DNA from: Hyphochytrium catenoides
Taxonomy: Eukaryota > Protista > Hyphochytriomycota
NCBI GenBank assembly: GCA_900088475.1
Contig: FLMG01001735.1
Location: 1-63,646, forward strand
Reading direction: 5' to 3'
Length of the DNA stretch: 63,646 bases
The translations under genes were made by a program, and so were the position numbers. Positions 23,970 to 34,197 of this stretch are shown in pieces. The notes beneath the pieces are model-generated. The model was not told the origin of the DNA. It did not search any database and was given only the letters and a program-made list of their open reading frames with translations. Within the stretch, counting starts at the first letter, position 1, and each line of letters starts with the position of its first letter.

Positions 23970-26920
23970 GCACCTCAGACTTCTTGACCCTGTTACTGCT
24001 TTGACAAAGGCTTGCCCATCCTCGGCGTCAGAGGAGCTTGTGGTCAAAGTAAAACGGGCAGTGGAGCTTAGTGCATTCTCATGAGCGGCGACTTCCATTC
24101 CTCGTTATGAACGCAGAACCCTTGGAAGAAGTCGTCACCCTGGATGGTCATCTCGAGGCAATTCCTAGCCACGTTGTTTGCAGGTTCGGCCATGCAGGGC
24201 ACTCGCAGATGAAGTAGCGGAGGTGGCTGCCGAATACCTCCAGAGACGAAAAGGAACGTGGGACAAGAAGGTGCGGGAGAAGGGAACTGGTCAAATAGAG
24301 AGACCTACACGCAGAGCACTGGAGGAACTTCTGGCGGTCGGTGGGGTCGGCTGTCTCAACAGACCTTGTGGGATGATGGGACGATGAAAGGGGTGCATGT
24401 CTAAAGATAGCCACCAGAGACCGAATTTTCATTCTCTTCTTCGTCTTCATAGTACGATTCCGCCGCCAGATCTAAGAGAGAGATAGAAAGAGGTCCCTCC
24501 TGACCATAGCTAGCCTTTGAGACCTCCCGAGTGGTTCTGCTCCCATTTGCTTCCGGATGGGTCAGGACAATAACGGAAGAAAAAGGAAACTCAGTAATGA
24601 ATTCTACCCTATCAGAGACACGGTAGGCAGAGAGGCGAGGGACCGGTCGTCTCTATTCAAAAGGGAACGACCAAAGGAACAACATACCTGCAGTAATATA
24701 GGGAATGGCCCCTTTTATCGTGGTGAATCTTGAATCGTCAGTGACCTCAGCCGCGCCATTCCGTTCCACGAGAGTTCCCTTCAAGTCACAAGAGTACAGG
24801 GCCACGAAGGGGAGTCAGCACCCTCAAGCACACAGAGACCTAACAATGTGCTCCAGAGGTAGCCACAGCTAGGTACTGGTCGGAGCAACTACGTCGGCTG
24901 CGAATAGAAAGGAAAAGAGGAAACAGGCAACACGCGGAGCAATACAGTGGTTGTAGGGCTAATGCTAGAAAACTCGATCGCCTGGCTTTCATCACAAGGA
25001 CAAAGAAGTAAAAGAAAGGGTCAAGAGAAAGAAGATACTTCTGTGTGTGAAAGGGCCAGAGACCATAATAAAGAGAGGACAGGAAGAAGACCTGCAACAC
25101 TACTGACCATCGAGGATACTCTAATCTCAAGTTGGGATACGGTAGGCCGTTCTGAGAGGGCACTTCTCCTTGGGTCTTCGCTTTCTTTGTTAACAGGCGC
25201 GACCTATGCCAAAAACAACCATCCTATTCAATGCAAGAATACCTTTTGAAAAAGCTTCCTGCAGTGTTACCTTTCCGTCTTGTCCATGAGAAGGAGGCCT
25301 GTGGCCATCCCCCACAGGCGATGGGTGCTTCTGGTAATTGTTTCTCGGGTTTGTGTCAGGCGCTGTCTTAGCAAGAGCACAAGGACTTCCTCTCTGAAAC
25401 CACAGCAGAGCACAGCACTCAGTTAGATTGAGACCATACAGAGACAAAGGGATGTGCGATAATGATGATACCCTCTCTCTGTCCCTCTCGCTCAACAGTG
25501 CAGCTAACTGAAGAGCCAGTCCATGGTTCTGTTCCTTGACCTTGAGCAACTCGAAGTACAACGCCCTGGATTTTATCTCTTGCTCTTGGCCATCCTCTTC
25601 CTCAATCTGCTTGTCTCTCGTTGACATACATTGGGCAAGAGGAGGCTGAGGAACGTATGTTAACCAACCTCACTGCTAGTAGCTGGAACTTATTCCTAGA
25701 GGCTACACCGTCTATCCTCTCTATAGACTGGAGAAAAGGGGAATATAGCGCGTACCAGAAAGAAGAATAGCAGCTATCAGAAGGGACAGTCGCCTGACAG
25801 TTTAGTAGAAGTGGAGCAGAGTTATTGAGCGTTTGTGACTTACAATAGCTCGCTTCAGAACACTGAGCTCACGCTCCAGTACTCCTTGCGTTTGTTCCTA
25901 TTGCCCCCACACAAGGTCAGCCACTGTCATAGCAAGGAGAGTACCGTAGAGGCCATGCGCTTTGAGGATGAGGAATGCAGAGCTCGACTGTGCTGAGCAG
26001 AGAGAAGTCCTAAGCCTATCAACCTTGAGCGCAAGCAGTTTCCTTTGGGCCTCTATGACTTGTTTTCGCTCTCTCAGCTCCTTCTTCAGTTCCGTAACCT
26101 TCTTTAGCAAATTCTACGGAACGGAGGAAGGACGCAAAGACAGACCGAGGGACGGTAAGATACAAGCGCATAAGGCCAGCGTGCTTAACAGAGGAGCGCG
26201 GTAAAGGAGAAGCAAGAGAGCACGAGGGCGAGCACGCCAAGATGGAAAGATAAAGGGAAGCAGTGACGGACGTGAGCCGGACCTCCCCCGTGTAGCCATT
26301 GCATATTTGATATTTCATCTTCCTGAGGCGTGACTTGAGCTGATTAACCTCTTCCTTCAATAAGGTGTTCTCCCGTCTCTGACTCTCCAGCTGAGACAAA
26401 TGGTACGAGGACGGTGAGGAAGAATGCCAATGCGGAGCTGATGAAGGTATCAGAAGCACGGTAGATGAAGGAAATTGAAGGAGATAGGGCAGAGCAGCCA
26501 CACGGAAGGGAGAGAGACTGTAGAAGGAACTTTGCAAGTGGAAAGAGGGGAACAGCTGAACCTGTTTTCATACCAGAGAAAGCGAAGAGGACAGCTCCCG
26601 GGCTTGTGAGGCATTCAGCTGCCGCAACCGCTTCAGCTCCTGTTGGCTTTTCTGCAGCTGCGGTTAGAGCGGACAGAACGGCGTGAGGATAGTGACCTTA
26701 ACCTTGTTTCAGAGTAAAGACTATTGCTGTCTCCTCTCTCTCTTTCTCTCCTACGGTATGGAAAGGCCCCCGTCCACCAGCCTAATCTTACTTTCTCTTC
26801 TGTCTTTTCGTGCTGGTTGAGAAGCTTGAAGTGCTGATCCCGTAGCTGCCTATAGTCCGGGCCCGGCCCGGCCCCACTAACAGAGCCCTCAGCACTGGAG
26901 CTAAATGTTCGGGCTGTCAT
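23970..26920 (-). CDS. Uncharacterised multi-exon coiled-coil protein (3' end uncertain)
   Basis: In-phase exons: MTARTF..YRQLRDQHFKLLNQHEKTEEK | LQKSQQELKRLRQLNASQAREL | LESQRRENTLLKEEVNQLKSRLRKMK | NLLKKVTELKKELRERKQVIEAQRKLLALK | EQTQGVLERELSVLKRAI | ..LYFELLKVKEQNHGLALQLAALL. Heptad-rich. Confidence 0.6.
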
Positions 26921-27978
26921 CCTTCAGACTCTAGCCTCTACACCCCATCCCGAGGGTGTCACCAAGAAACACATGCAGCTAAAGGAGGCTGGCAAAAGGA
27001 GGCGCTTAAGCTTCTCACAGGATGGTGAGAGCGTTTGCTTCAGCTGCTGTTGATCACCAGCCCATTGCTGACAGATGACGCTTCGATTGTCTCACTGGTT
27101 CTATCCATGCTTATTCGATTAAGCTAGCCTCGCCGGATTGCCGACACCAAGAAGATCTCTGGTCGGGCTCAAGATCCTGTCCGTTGCCTCGCTGAGATCT
27201 CATGCGAGCCCGCCGTCCCTGTCGGTGCCGTCTGATGCGTCACTCTCGGTCCGCCACGCCGCGTCCGCCGCGCCGCGTCCTGCTGGGCAATGACAGACCC
27301 TGATGAGGAAGGAATGACAGTGTCGTGAACAATCATCCGTCGTCCACTTTTCCACCTTCTCATTTCGGACCACGAAAGGCCGTTAGAGGCTCTTGCTATG
27401 GCAAATGTACTGCTAACGGCTAGGATTGGTCCATCCTAACTTCGGGGTTTGGGTGGCATTATTCAGGCCTCGGGGGCGAGAGAGCAAGGCAGGCAGACGG
27501 ATGTTTATCAGGGTCACAGGCTAGCTCAAGCAGGGCCGTGGATGATCTTTTCGTTTTGCTCTTTGAGCTTTGTGAGCAGAGAGATGTAGGTCTCTTCGGC
27601 TGCCTTTGCCGCAGAGAGATATAGAAGAAGGATGATAAGAAGTGCCACAATCATTCATATCACTTGGAAAGGCTATGAGCACGGCAAGCGGGATTATCCA
27701 GTGATGAGGGCGGGATTATAAGCCGTGTGCATCCCTTATTATAGGCGGATAACGAACATATATAAAGACTTATTTTGAAAAAGAAATGGATCTCTGAGGA
27801 GATGGGTTGAATGCACACAGAAGGTGCCCCTGAACAGCATGACTGCATGCGATAAGGAACACAATTCTGGTGCTTCTCGCACTGTTGTCCTCCCTACCAG
27901 GTAGAAAGCTCATACTTGGCTTCAACCTTTCACCTTTTTCTTGAGGTCAGTGAATGAAACTCAAACATGGCAGGCTCC

Positions 27979-29334
27979 TTAGATAAAGAAGGTGCTAAGA
28001 GCAAGAGATGAAAGGGAGAAGAGGAGCAGCATTACGGACCATGAGGAGGAGGGTGTCAGTTGACGACTGTCACTCTTCTTATCTGGGGCATCTTGCCCAG
28101 GAGTAGTAGGGGAGTCTGTCGGCGTAGTGCTGGACGTCGTGGGCTCTGCAGTATTCTCCTCTGGAGCTGGAAGCTCCACTTTTGCAAGTGATTGAGCTGT
28201 CGGCAGACCAAATTTGCACTTCTTTGCATCTGGCTCGGATTCACATCCTGGCTGACCAGCCGAGCAAGGTACGCAGAGTTGAGAGTCATCATACCTGCAG
28301 CGGCTTGTGACGCATTGCGGGAAGTTGCAATAGCAAGGAGGATTTCTAGCATTCAGCTCGGAAGCCTCTGGAAGTTCTTTGTTCTTGGTGTCATTGCGGA
28401 AAAAGTCGATCAGCTTCTCGGCTCTCTCTCTATTAGCCGCCACACTTGTAGAGTCATTCCAGAAGGGCAATCCTCTCACAAACTCAAAAGTGGTTGGATC
28501 ACGTTCAAACTCTATCTTGCCGTCTTCGCAAAAGGCCTTATAGTCCTTGTACCCGAGATCCGTAATGCCAACGAGCTCGTCCAACACTACTTCGCCTAAG
28601 AATTCGTAGGAGTAAGTGCAGTTCTTTCCATCAGGCTCGACACCTTTGGCACATAGCCCGGACGGTTCCGCTGCCATGCACTCTTGCGTCTTTTCGTTGG
28701 ATGACCGGGTTTTCTCAGGGCAAGATCCTGGAAGAGAGTACCAATACGACTCAGCAGTAGGGGCCCGCGGATCTGCGCTCTGGTTCTGCCACCCTACGTA
28801 GCTACCTAACGCTGGGAAGGTCTGATTGCCATGAAAGCTCTCGCAGAAAGCATCATCCTCATGACATCCACCGTCGTCAAAGGGAACATACTGGCCAAAG
28901 CCATAGTAGTTATACACAGGTTGCCCCCCATATCCATCCGGTTTTAAAGGAGAGAACCACCACGTTGCGTTGTTGGGGTTGCACACCTTAAAGAGGTAGA
29001 AGTCAACGTAAGCCACCCCGTTTTTCCTCTTGCACCCTGCGGCGCCAGTGTTTTTGTCAATGGTTTCGGTCATTATGTACTTTAATGCGCCCCACACATT
29101 GGCATTGTTGGCATTCTCGATAGGGAACTTGGGCCCAACCCATGAGCCATTCTCGGAGACTGCAGGTGTGGAGACAGCACGTGTATGGAGCATTTCAATC
29201 GGAGTGCATCTCCAGCTTGACGTGCCACCATCCTCGTCTGCTGCCCTCACACAATGTGACGCTTGGCTAGCCAGGCACGCTAGGAACCCCAACGTCCTGA
29301 TTGACAGCGCTCGAACAGACAAGCCTCCCGCCAT
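27979..29334 (-). CDS. Intronless Cys-rich secreted protein with predicted GPI-type C-terminus, unknown function
   Basis: The likely ATG at 29334 (the ORF track starts at a GTG, 29442) gives a signal-like MAGGLSVRALSIRTLGFLACLASQASHCVRA. About 18 Cys in the mature part; motifs WYSLPGSCP and CTYSYEFLGEVVLDELVGI; a S/T/P-rich stalk; hydrophobic tail SWSVMLLLFSLSSLALSTFFI*. Confidence 0.85.
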   Translation of the reverse strand: MAGGLSVRALSIRTLGFLACLASQASHCVRAADEDGGTSSWRCTPIEMLHTRAVSTPAVSENGSWVGPKFPIENANNANVWGALKYIMTETIDKNTGAAGCKRKNGVAYVDFYLFKVCNPNNATWWFSPLKPDGYGGQPVYNYYGFGQYVPFDDGGCHEDDAFCESFHGNQTFPALGSYVGWQNQSADPRAPTAESYWYSLPGSCPEKTRSSNEKTQECMAAEPSGLCAKGVEPDGKNCTYSYEFLGEVVLDELVGITDLGYKDYKAFCEDGKIEFERDPTTFEFVRGLPFWNDSTSVAANRERAEKLIDFFRNDTKNKELPEASELNARNPPCYCNFPQCVTSRCRYDDSQLCVPCSAGQPGCESEPDAKKCKFGLPTAQSLAKVELPAPEENTAEPTTSSTTPTDSPTTPGQDAPDKKSDSRQLTPSSSWSVMLLLFSLSSLALSTFFI

Positions 29335-29754
29335 TGGTTCTTTAGTCTCCGGCACTATGAGAGTCCTCGCCTCTTTACTACTCGATGGACAGTTATGACG
29401 ACTGCGGAGGAAATTGCTTTTTGACAGAGAGCTGTCATTCACATCTCATCGCAGATGATCAAAGCACTGTGTCCACTGTCGCAGGCGGGGTAGGTCGTGA
29501 CAGACGGAGAGGAAGTGTCTCCATTTGTCCCTTGTTCAAGAGTTGAAGAAGGTCATAGAGGTAAACAAAGAGCATGTGTAGATATCCTTGGTACCTCTTC
29601 AAGGAACAATGATCCTCCTCGACCAAAAAGGTGAAGGAAGGATCCTGATTTCTTTTGTCTTGTCCTTTCCCCATCAGGCTTCTTTCCGTCTCCTCCTGCC
29701 CCATTCTCCTGCTCGTTTCTACTCTACACTTTACATGGAAAGCCTCACTCTCAT

Positions 29755-30055
29755 GTCCCTTTCTCTCTTGTTCACTCTTTCTACGTTCTCTCTCTTCTCT
29801 CTCTCTCCCTCTCTTTTCCTCACCTCTCTCTCTACTCTCTCTCTCTATTTTTCTCTCTTCCTCACCACCTCTCTCTCTCTCCCTCTCACACTTCAACCCC
29901 TCTCTATCTCCACGCTCTCTCTCTCTCCCGGTTCCTCAAACTTCTCTTCCTCTCTCTTTCACTCTGTCTCTCTCTCTCTTCTTTCTGTCTCCCTCTAAAT
30001 TCTTCCATGTCTGCATGGTCTCTCTTTATCTCTGTCTGATCTCTGTTCCTCTCTC
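29755..30055. repeat. (CT)n microsatellite region (GA on the sense strand upstream of the Cys-rich gene)
   Basis: Dense CT runs. Confidence 0.85.
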
Positions 30056-30606
30056 CACATCCCCACCACCTCCATACTAGTAAGGATGTTGAAGGAACAT
30101 CGAATCTTTTTGATGATGAAGTCCAAGATCACATAGCCGACACGACTAGTTCTAAATCTGCTATCATTTTATCTAACAAATGCTCGCGCTTGCATAAAAT
30201 GACCGTGGAGGCCACCTAGAATTGTTCTCCATTTTGATACAGGACTTAGCCTCAGCCAATCAGAGGGCATGGATAGTGACCAGATAAGAACATTGCTTCA
30301 CAAGCAGAAGCCTTGAAATTTTTGTCTGCCTATTTGTTCTACACAAAAGGCCCATAAGAATTAGGCAGCGCGGTCCAGTTCTAGATCTTCCTTCCATGTT
30401 TATGTGCCTTGTGTCATGCGCAGCTGTGGGGTGGGTGAGCATTATTGACCCACTGGCAATAACAAGGGACCTAAAATACGGTGGGTGGAATGCACTAAAG
30501 GTAATAAGATAGGTAAGATTAGCACTGTTGCTAACTATGGGCCCTTGTTGGGGGGACACTTCACTCTGTCCATCACAAAGCCGCCTTGCTGTTTACCAGT
30601 GACAGA

Positions 30607-30618
30607 TCTCTTTCCCTT

Positions 30619-30650
<32 letters not shown>

Positions 30651-30940
30651 GCTCTTTTCTCTCTCGCTCTCTTTCTGTCTCGCTCTCTTTCTCTCTCTCG
30701 CTCTCTTTCTCTCTCGCTCTCTTTTTCTCCTCGCTCGCTCTCGCTCTCTCTATCTTTTTCTCGCTCGCTCTCTTGCTCTCGCTCGCTCACGCTCTCTCTA
30801 TCTTTTTCTCGCTCGCTCTCTTGCTCTCGCTCGCTCACGCTCTCTCTATCTTTTTCTCTCACGCTCTCTTTCTCGCTCGCTCTTCTGTTGCTCGCTCTCG
30901 CTCACTCTCTCACTCTCTCATTCTCTCTCGCTCTCGCTCT
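30607..30940. repeat. CT/CTCG microsatellite containing a ~48-bp tandem repeat (about 2.4 copies)
   Basis: Unit gctctctctatctttttctcgctcgctctcttgctctcgctcgctcac repeats at ~30743-30860 (reads ALSIFFSLALLLSLAH twice). Confidence 0.85.
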
Positions 30941-32049
30941 GCGGCAACTGGAAGCACTGTTTAGTTAGTGGTCTTCAAAAATGTACTGTAAGTAGAGCTT
31001 GAGGCTGGTGCTCTTGTGTGATACTGGTGGAGCGAGTTCAACAAGCACCACCACCGGCAGCGCATCATCCGAGTCATGCCGCAACATTCTCACATTTAGA
31101 GCTTTTCCCCTGTGGTCGGTGATTGTATCGTCTTGTGGGCTGCGGAACTGTGGAAGTAGGAGCCTCTTCGTGTTTCTGACTTTCCTTCTGCTGCAGACCG
31201 GCTCCTTACCAGTCAAACGGATCTCAGGCCGGTGATGCCTCCAAAGAGTGGTGTACCCTCCTCCTCTTCCTTTTCCTTAAGCTTTATTGGATACCTGCAC
31301 CTGCATTGCTTGCCTTGAATATTGCTGTCTTCCATCTACTTTCAGGAGATCCGTCTGTCTGTGCCTCTGAGAGGAGATTTTACTCCTGCTCATCTTCTTT
31401 CTACTTTTTATCGGGTGGGATGAGGTTTTAGCGAAAAGAGCTGTCGAAGAGGGCGAGACTTCATCCTTTCTTAATCTTGTCTCTTTATTTCCTGCTCCTT
31501 CTTCTTACCTGTCTTTGCTGCTTCTGCTTCTTTCTCTTCATATGAGTACCAGCAGATTATTATCGTCGATAAACAGTTTCAGCGATTGAACCCCGCTCTA
31601 GCTTGCATGATTGAGCGCGATGATGATGACGATCTCGGCGCCACGCCTCTTTCTTCTTCTCCTTCTCCGTCTCGATCGTTAATGCGGAAGAATCCTTCTA
31701 TGATTCTTCTTCCTTTCCGACACTGATGGGAGGAAGGAGAACGCGTTGCAGAGTCCAGGGCTTTGTAGTTCTCATTTCCTCTTCATTTCTTCTTCTCCTT
31801 CTTCTTCTTCATTCACTTCTTCTCCGTCTTCATATAATAGTTGCAGCTATTATCATTACTTTCTTTATTGATAATGGTGATGAATAATATTAGTGTGACA
31901 GCAGCAAGATATAGACAACAGCAAGCAGTGATACGGCAGTAAAAAGAAGATAGGGCAAGCACTTTGTTGACTTAAAGGAGGTCAGAAACTACCAGGAATC
32001 TGCTACCTGTTCCCAGCAAATGTACGTGCTTTTTCACAAAGTTAAGAAG

Positions 32050-34197
32050 TTAAGTTAGCTTTATCGTCTCCCATTTCTTCAATACCGCCTGCAGAAGTTT
32101 TTGATTGCATGGTTTCGTAAGATAGTCATTGAGACCGCATTCTCTAGCAACATCTATCTGTTCTTTTCTAGAGTTTCCACTGAGAGCGATGATGGGAACC
32201 GTAGCCCCTAGCTCTCGAATCTTTTTGGTGGCAGTCTTCCCATCCATGACGGGCATCTCCATATCCATTATCACACAGTCAAAGTAGTCCAAACCATTGG
32301 CAGTGAATGCTTTCAGTGCTTCCTCTCCATTCGAAGCTAGCGAAAAGGTGTACTCTAGTCGATTGAGAAATCGCGCCATAATCTTCTGGTTGATGATGTT
32401 GTCCTCCACCACAAGGATATCCTTGAATCGAGTCGCGGTTGGATTCTTCTGAAGACAGCTGCTGCCGTTTATAGTCACAGACTTTTGGAGCAAGTACTTC
32501 TGGATTTCACTTTGCGATGGAATAGCAAAGGAAACACTAAAGGAAAACGCTGCGCCTTGGCCCTCTGGGCTGGGCAAAAGCCAGACGCTCCCTCCCATAA
32601 GTTTGGTCAATTGAAAACAGATACTCAACCCCAGTCCAGAGCCGCCATAGGCACTAGAAAAGTTTTGGTTCAGTTGTGAGAATCGCTGGAAGAGCTTAGA
32701 CCTTTTCTCCTCAGGTACTCCCGGCCCATTATCGCGCACGGTTGCTGCCACCAGTAACCTAGAGTCGCTTGCAATCGGGGCCTCCAATTGGATGGTCACC
32801 TCCCCGTTTGGAGGGGTAAACTTGATGGCGTTGCTGAGTAAGTTCAGAAGAATCTGACGATAGAGGGTCGAATCGCCTTTGACCAAGAGATCTTTGCAGA
32901 GGGCGACATCCGTGATGACAGTCAGATCATTCTCCGCTATTCTCGCGTTAAAGATGGCCAGAGCTTGATCTACTACGTCTGAGAGCCTGAAGACGTGTTC
33001 CATGACTTCCACTTTGCCAGCTTCGAGTCGTGAGAGGTCCAGGACACCATTCATTATCACCGACTGGTGGTGCACGCATTCCTGGATGCTGCGAATATAG
33101 TCGCCTATAGATTTGACTAACTGCTCCAAGCTGGTGCCAGACTGAGTCAGATTGCTCAAAGTCTGCTGTGCTTGGCTCAAGAAATCCGCATTGGCCGCGA
33201 TGCCATGAAGAGGGTTCCGGATTTCGTGGCACAGATAGTCAACAAACTCGGTTATGATCCGCTTCCGTTCATTTGCTTCAGTAGCTAAGATACGTTGCTG
33301 TTCAGCCCGCACCTCCGCAGCCAGCCGTTCGCTTTCCTTTCTCTTTTCCTCCGTGACATCACGGAACTCAATCACCGCACCAACAGTCTTACCGTCCTTC
33401 TCCAGAGGAGCAACAGACCATACAACGGGAAACAATCTTCCGGCTTTGTCAGCGAAGACCTCCTCTTGGTTGTGCACGGAAAGAAGTGCTGCATGAGAGT
33501 TATCAACAGGACACTCCTCCATCGGATAGGGTCGACCGTCGGGATACATGTAGTGGATTGCATAATGCAGAGGTCTATCTTTGATCTCAGCAAGAGTGTA
33601 CCCTGTAACTCTCTCCGCAGCAGGATTGAGAAAAGTAGGATGGCCCTTAGCGTCCATCATGAACAAACAGGAGGTTATGTTGTCAGTGATCGTCTTGATA
33701 AGGTGACTTTGATAGCGTAACTCATCCTGTTCGCGCCGCGACATTTGCTTCTTCGCGGATAGAGAGATATCCTCGAGTAGGTGATGGCGATCTGTACGAA
33801 GAATCCTATCCAGCTGACATCGTTGTTGCGGATTGAATATTGAACCTATCGCCCTCAGAGCTCGTCCACCTTCATCGCGGTGAACATGCAACTGATCTAT
33901 CACTGTCAGGTAGTCACCGAGATCTGTCAGGAAGCGGTAGTCCTCGCACCAAAATCGTTGGTTTGAGTCATCAATGCACCGTTGTAAACTTTGTAGAACT
34001 CTCTCTCGATCATCCCCGTGGATACGCTCCTTCCACCACCTCGAGGTTCTTCCCACTTTGGAGCTATTGTAGGCCAGCAGGAGCTCTGCTGTCCTGGTCG
34101 AAGAGAAGTCCCATTCCATCTCATCCGAGTCCATGTCCCATCGCCGAAGAACATTATACTGCGTGGTGTCCGCAATAAAATCATTTGCTGGGGGCAT
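32050..34197 (-). CDS. Intronless soluble hybrid histidine kinase: PAS/PAC - PAS/PAC - HisKA - HATPase_c - REC
   Basis: PAS_3-like WKERIHGDDRERV..EDYRF..RDEGGRALRAIGS; second PAS FLNPAAERVTGY..IHYMYPDGRPYPMEECP..AVIEFRDVTEEK; H-box LCHEIRNPLHGI; N-box QILLNLLSNAIKFT; G1 DNGPG; F-box LFQRFSQ; G2 GSGLGLSIC; receiver ILVVEDN..IMDMEMPVMDG..ALSG..YLTKP. First in-frame ATG is 34197 (the ORF track starts at a GTG, 34413). Confidence 0.95.
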   Translation of the reverse strand: MPPANDFIADTTQYNVLRRWDMDSDEMEWDFSSTRTAELLLAYNSSKVGRTSRWWKERIHGDDRERVLQSLQRCIDDSNQRFWCEDYRFLTDLGDYLTVIDQLHVHRDEGGRALRAIGSIFNPQQRCQLDRILRTDRHHLLEDISLSAKKQMSRREQDELRYQSHLIKTITDNITSCLFMMDAKGHPTFLNPAAERVTGYTLAEIKDRPLHYAIHYMYPDGRPYPMEECPVDNSHAALLSVHNQEEVFADKAGRLFPVVWSVAPLEKDGKTVGAVIEFRDVTEEKRKESERLAAEVRAEQQRILATEANERKRIITEFVDYLCHEIRNPLHGIAANADFLSQAQQTLSNLTQSGTSLEQLVKSIGDYIRSIQECVHHQSVIMNGVLDLSRLEAGKVEVMEHVFRLSDVVDQALAIFNARIAENDLTVITDVALCKDLLVKGDSTLYRQILLNLLSNAIKFTPPNGEVTIQLEAPIASDSRLLVAATVRDNGPGVPEEKRSKLFQRFSQLNQNFSSAYGGSGLGLSICFQLTKLMGGSVWLLPSPEGQGAAFSFSVSFAIPSQSEIQKYLLQKSVTINGSSCLQKNPTATRFKDILVVEDNIINQKIMARFLNRLEYTFSLASNGEEALKAFTANGLDYFDCVIMDMEMPVMDGKTATKKIRELGATVPIIALSGNSRKEQIDVARECGLNDYLTKPCNQKLLQAVLKKWETIKLT

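Noticed and set aside
27295-27385. Hammerhead-ribozyme-like CTGATGAG...CGAAA
   Set aside because: Stem II does not close next to GAAA, and I could not form stems I and III.
30743-30860. Repeat arrays as CRISPR-like
   Set aside because: They are head-to-tail low-complexity repeats with no unique spacers and no cas genes, in a eukaryotic context.
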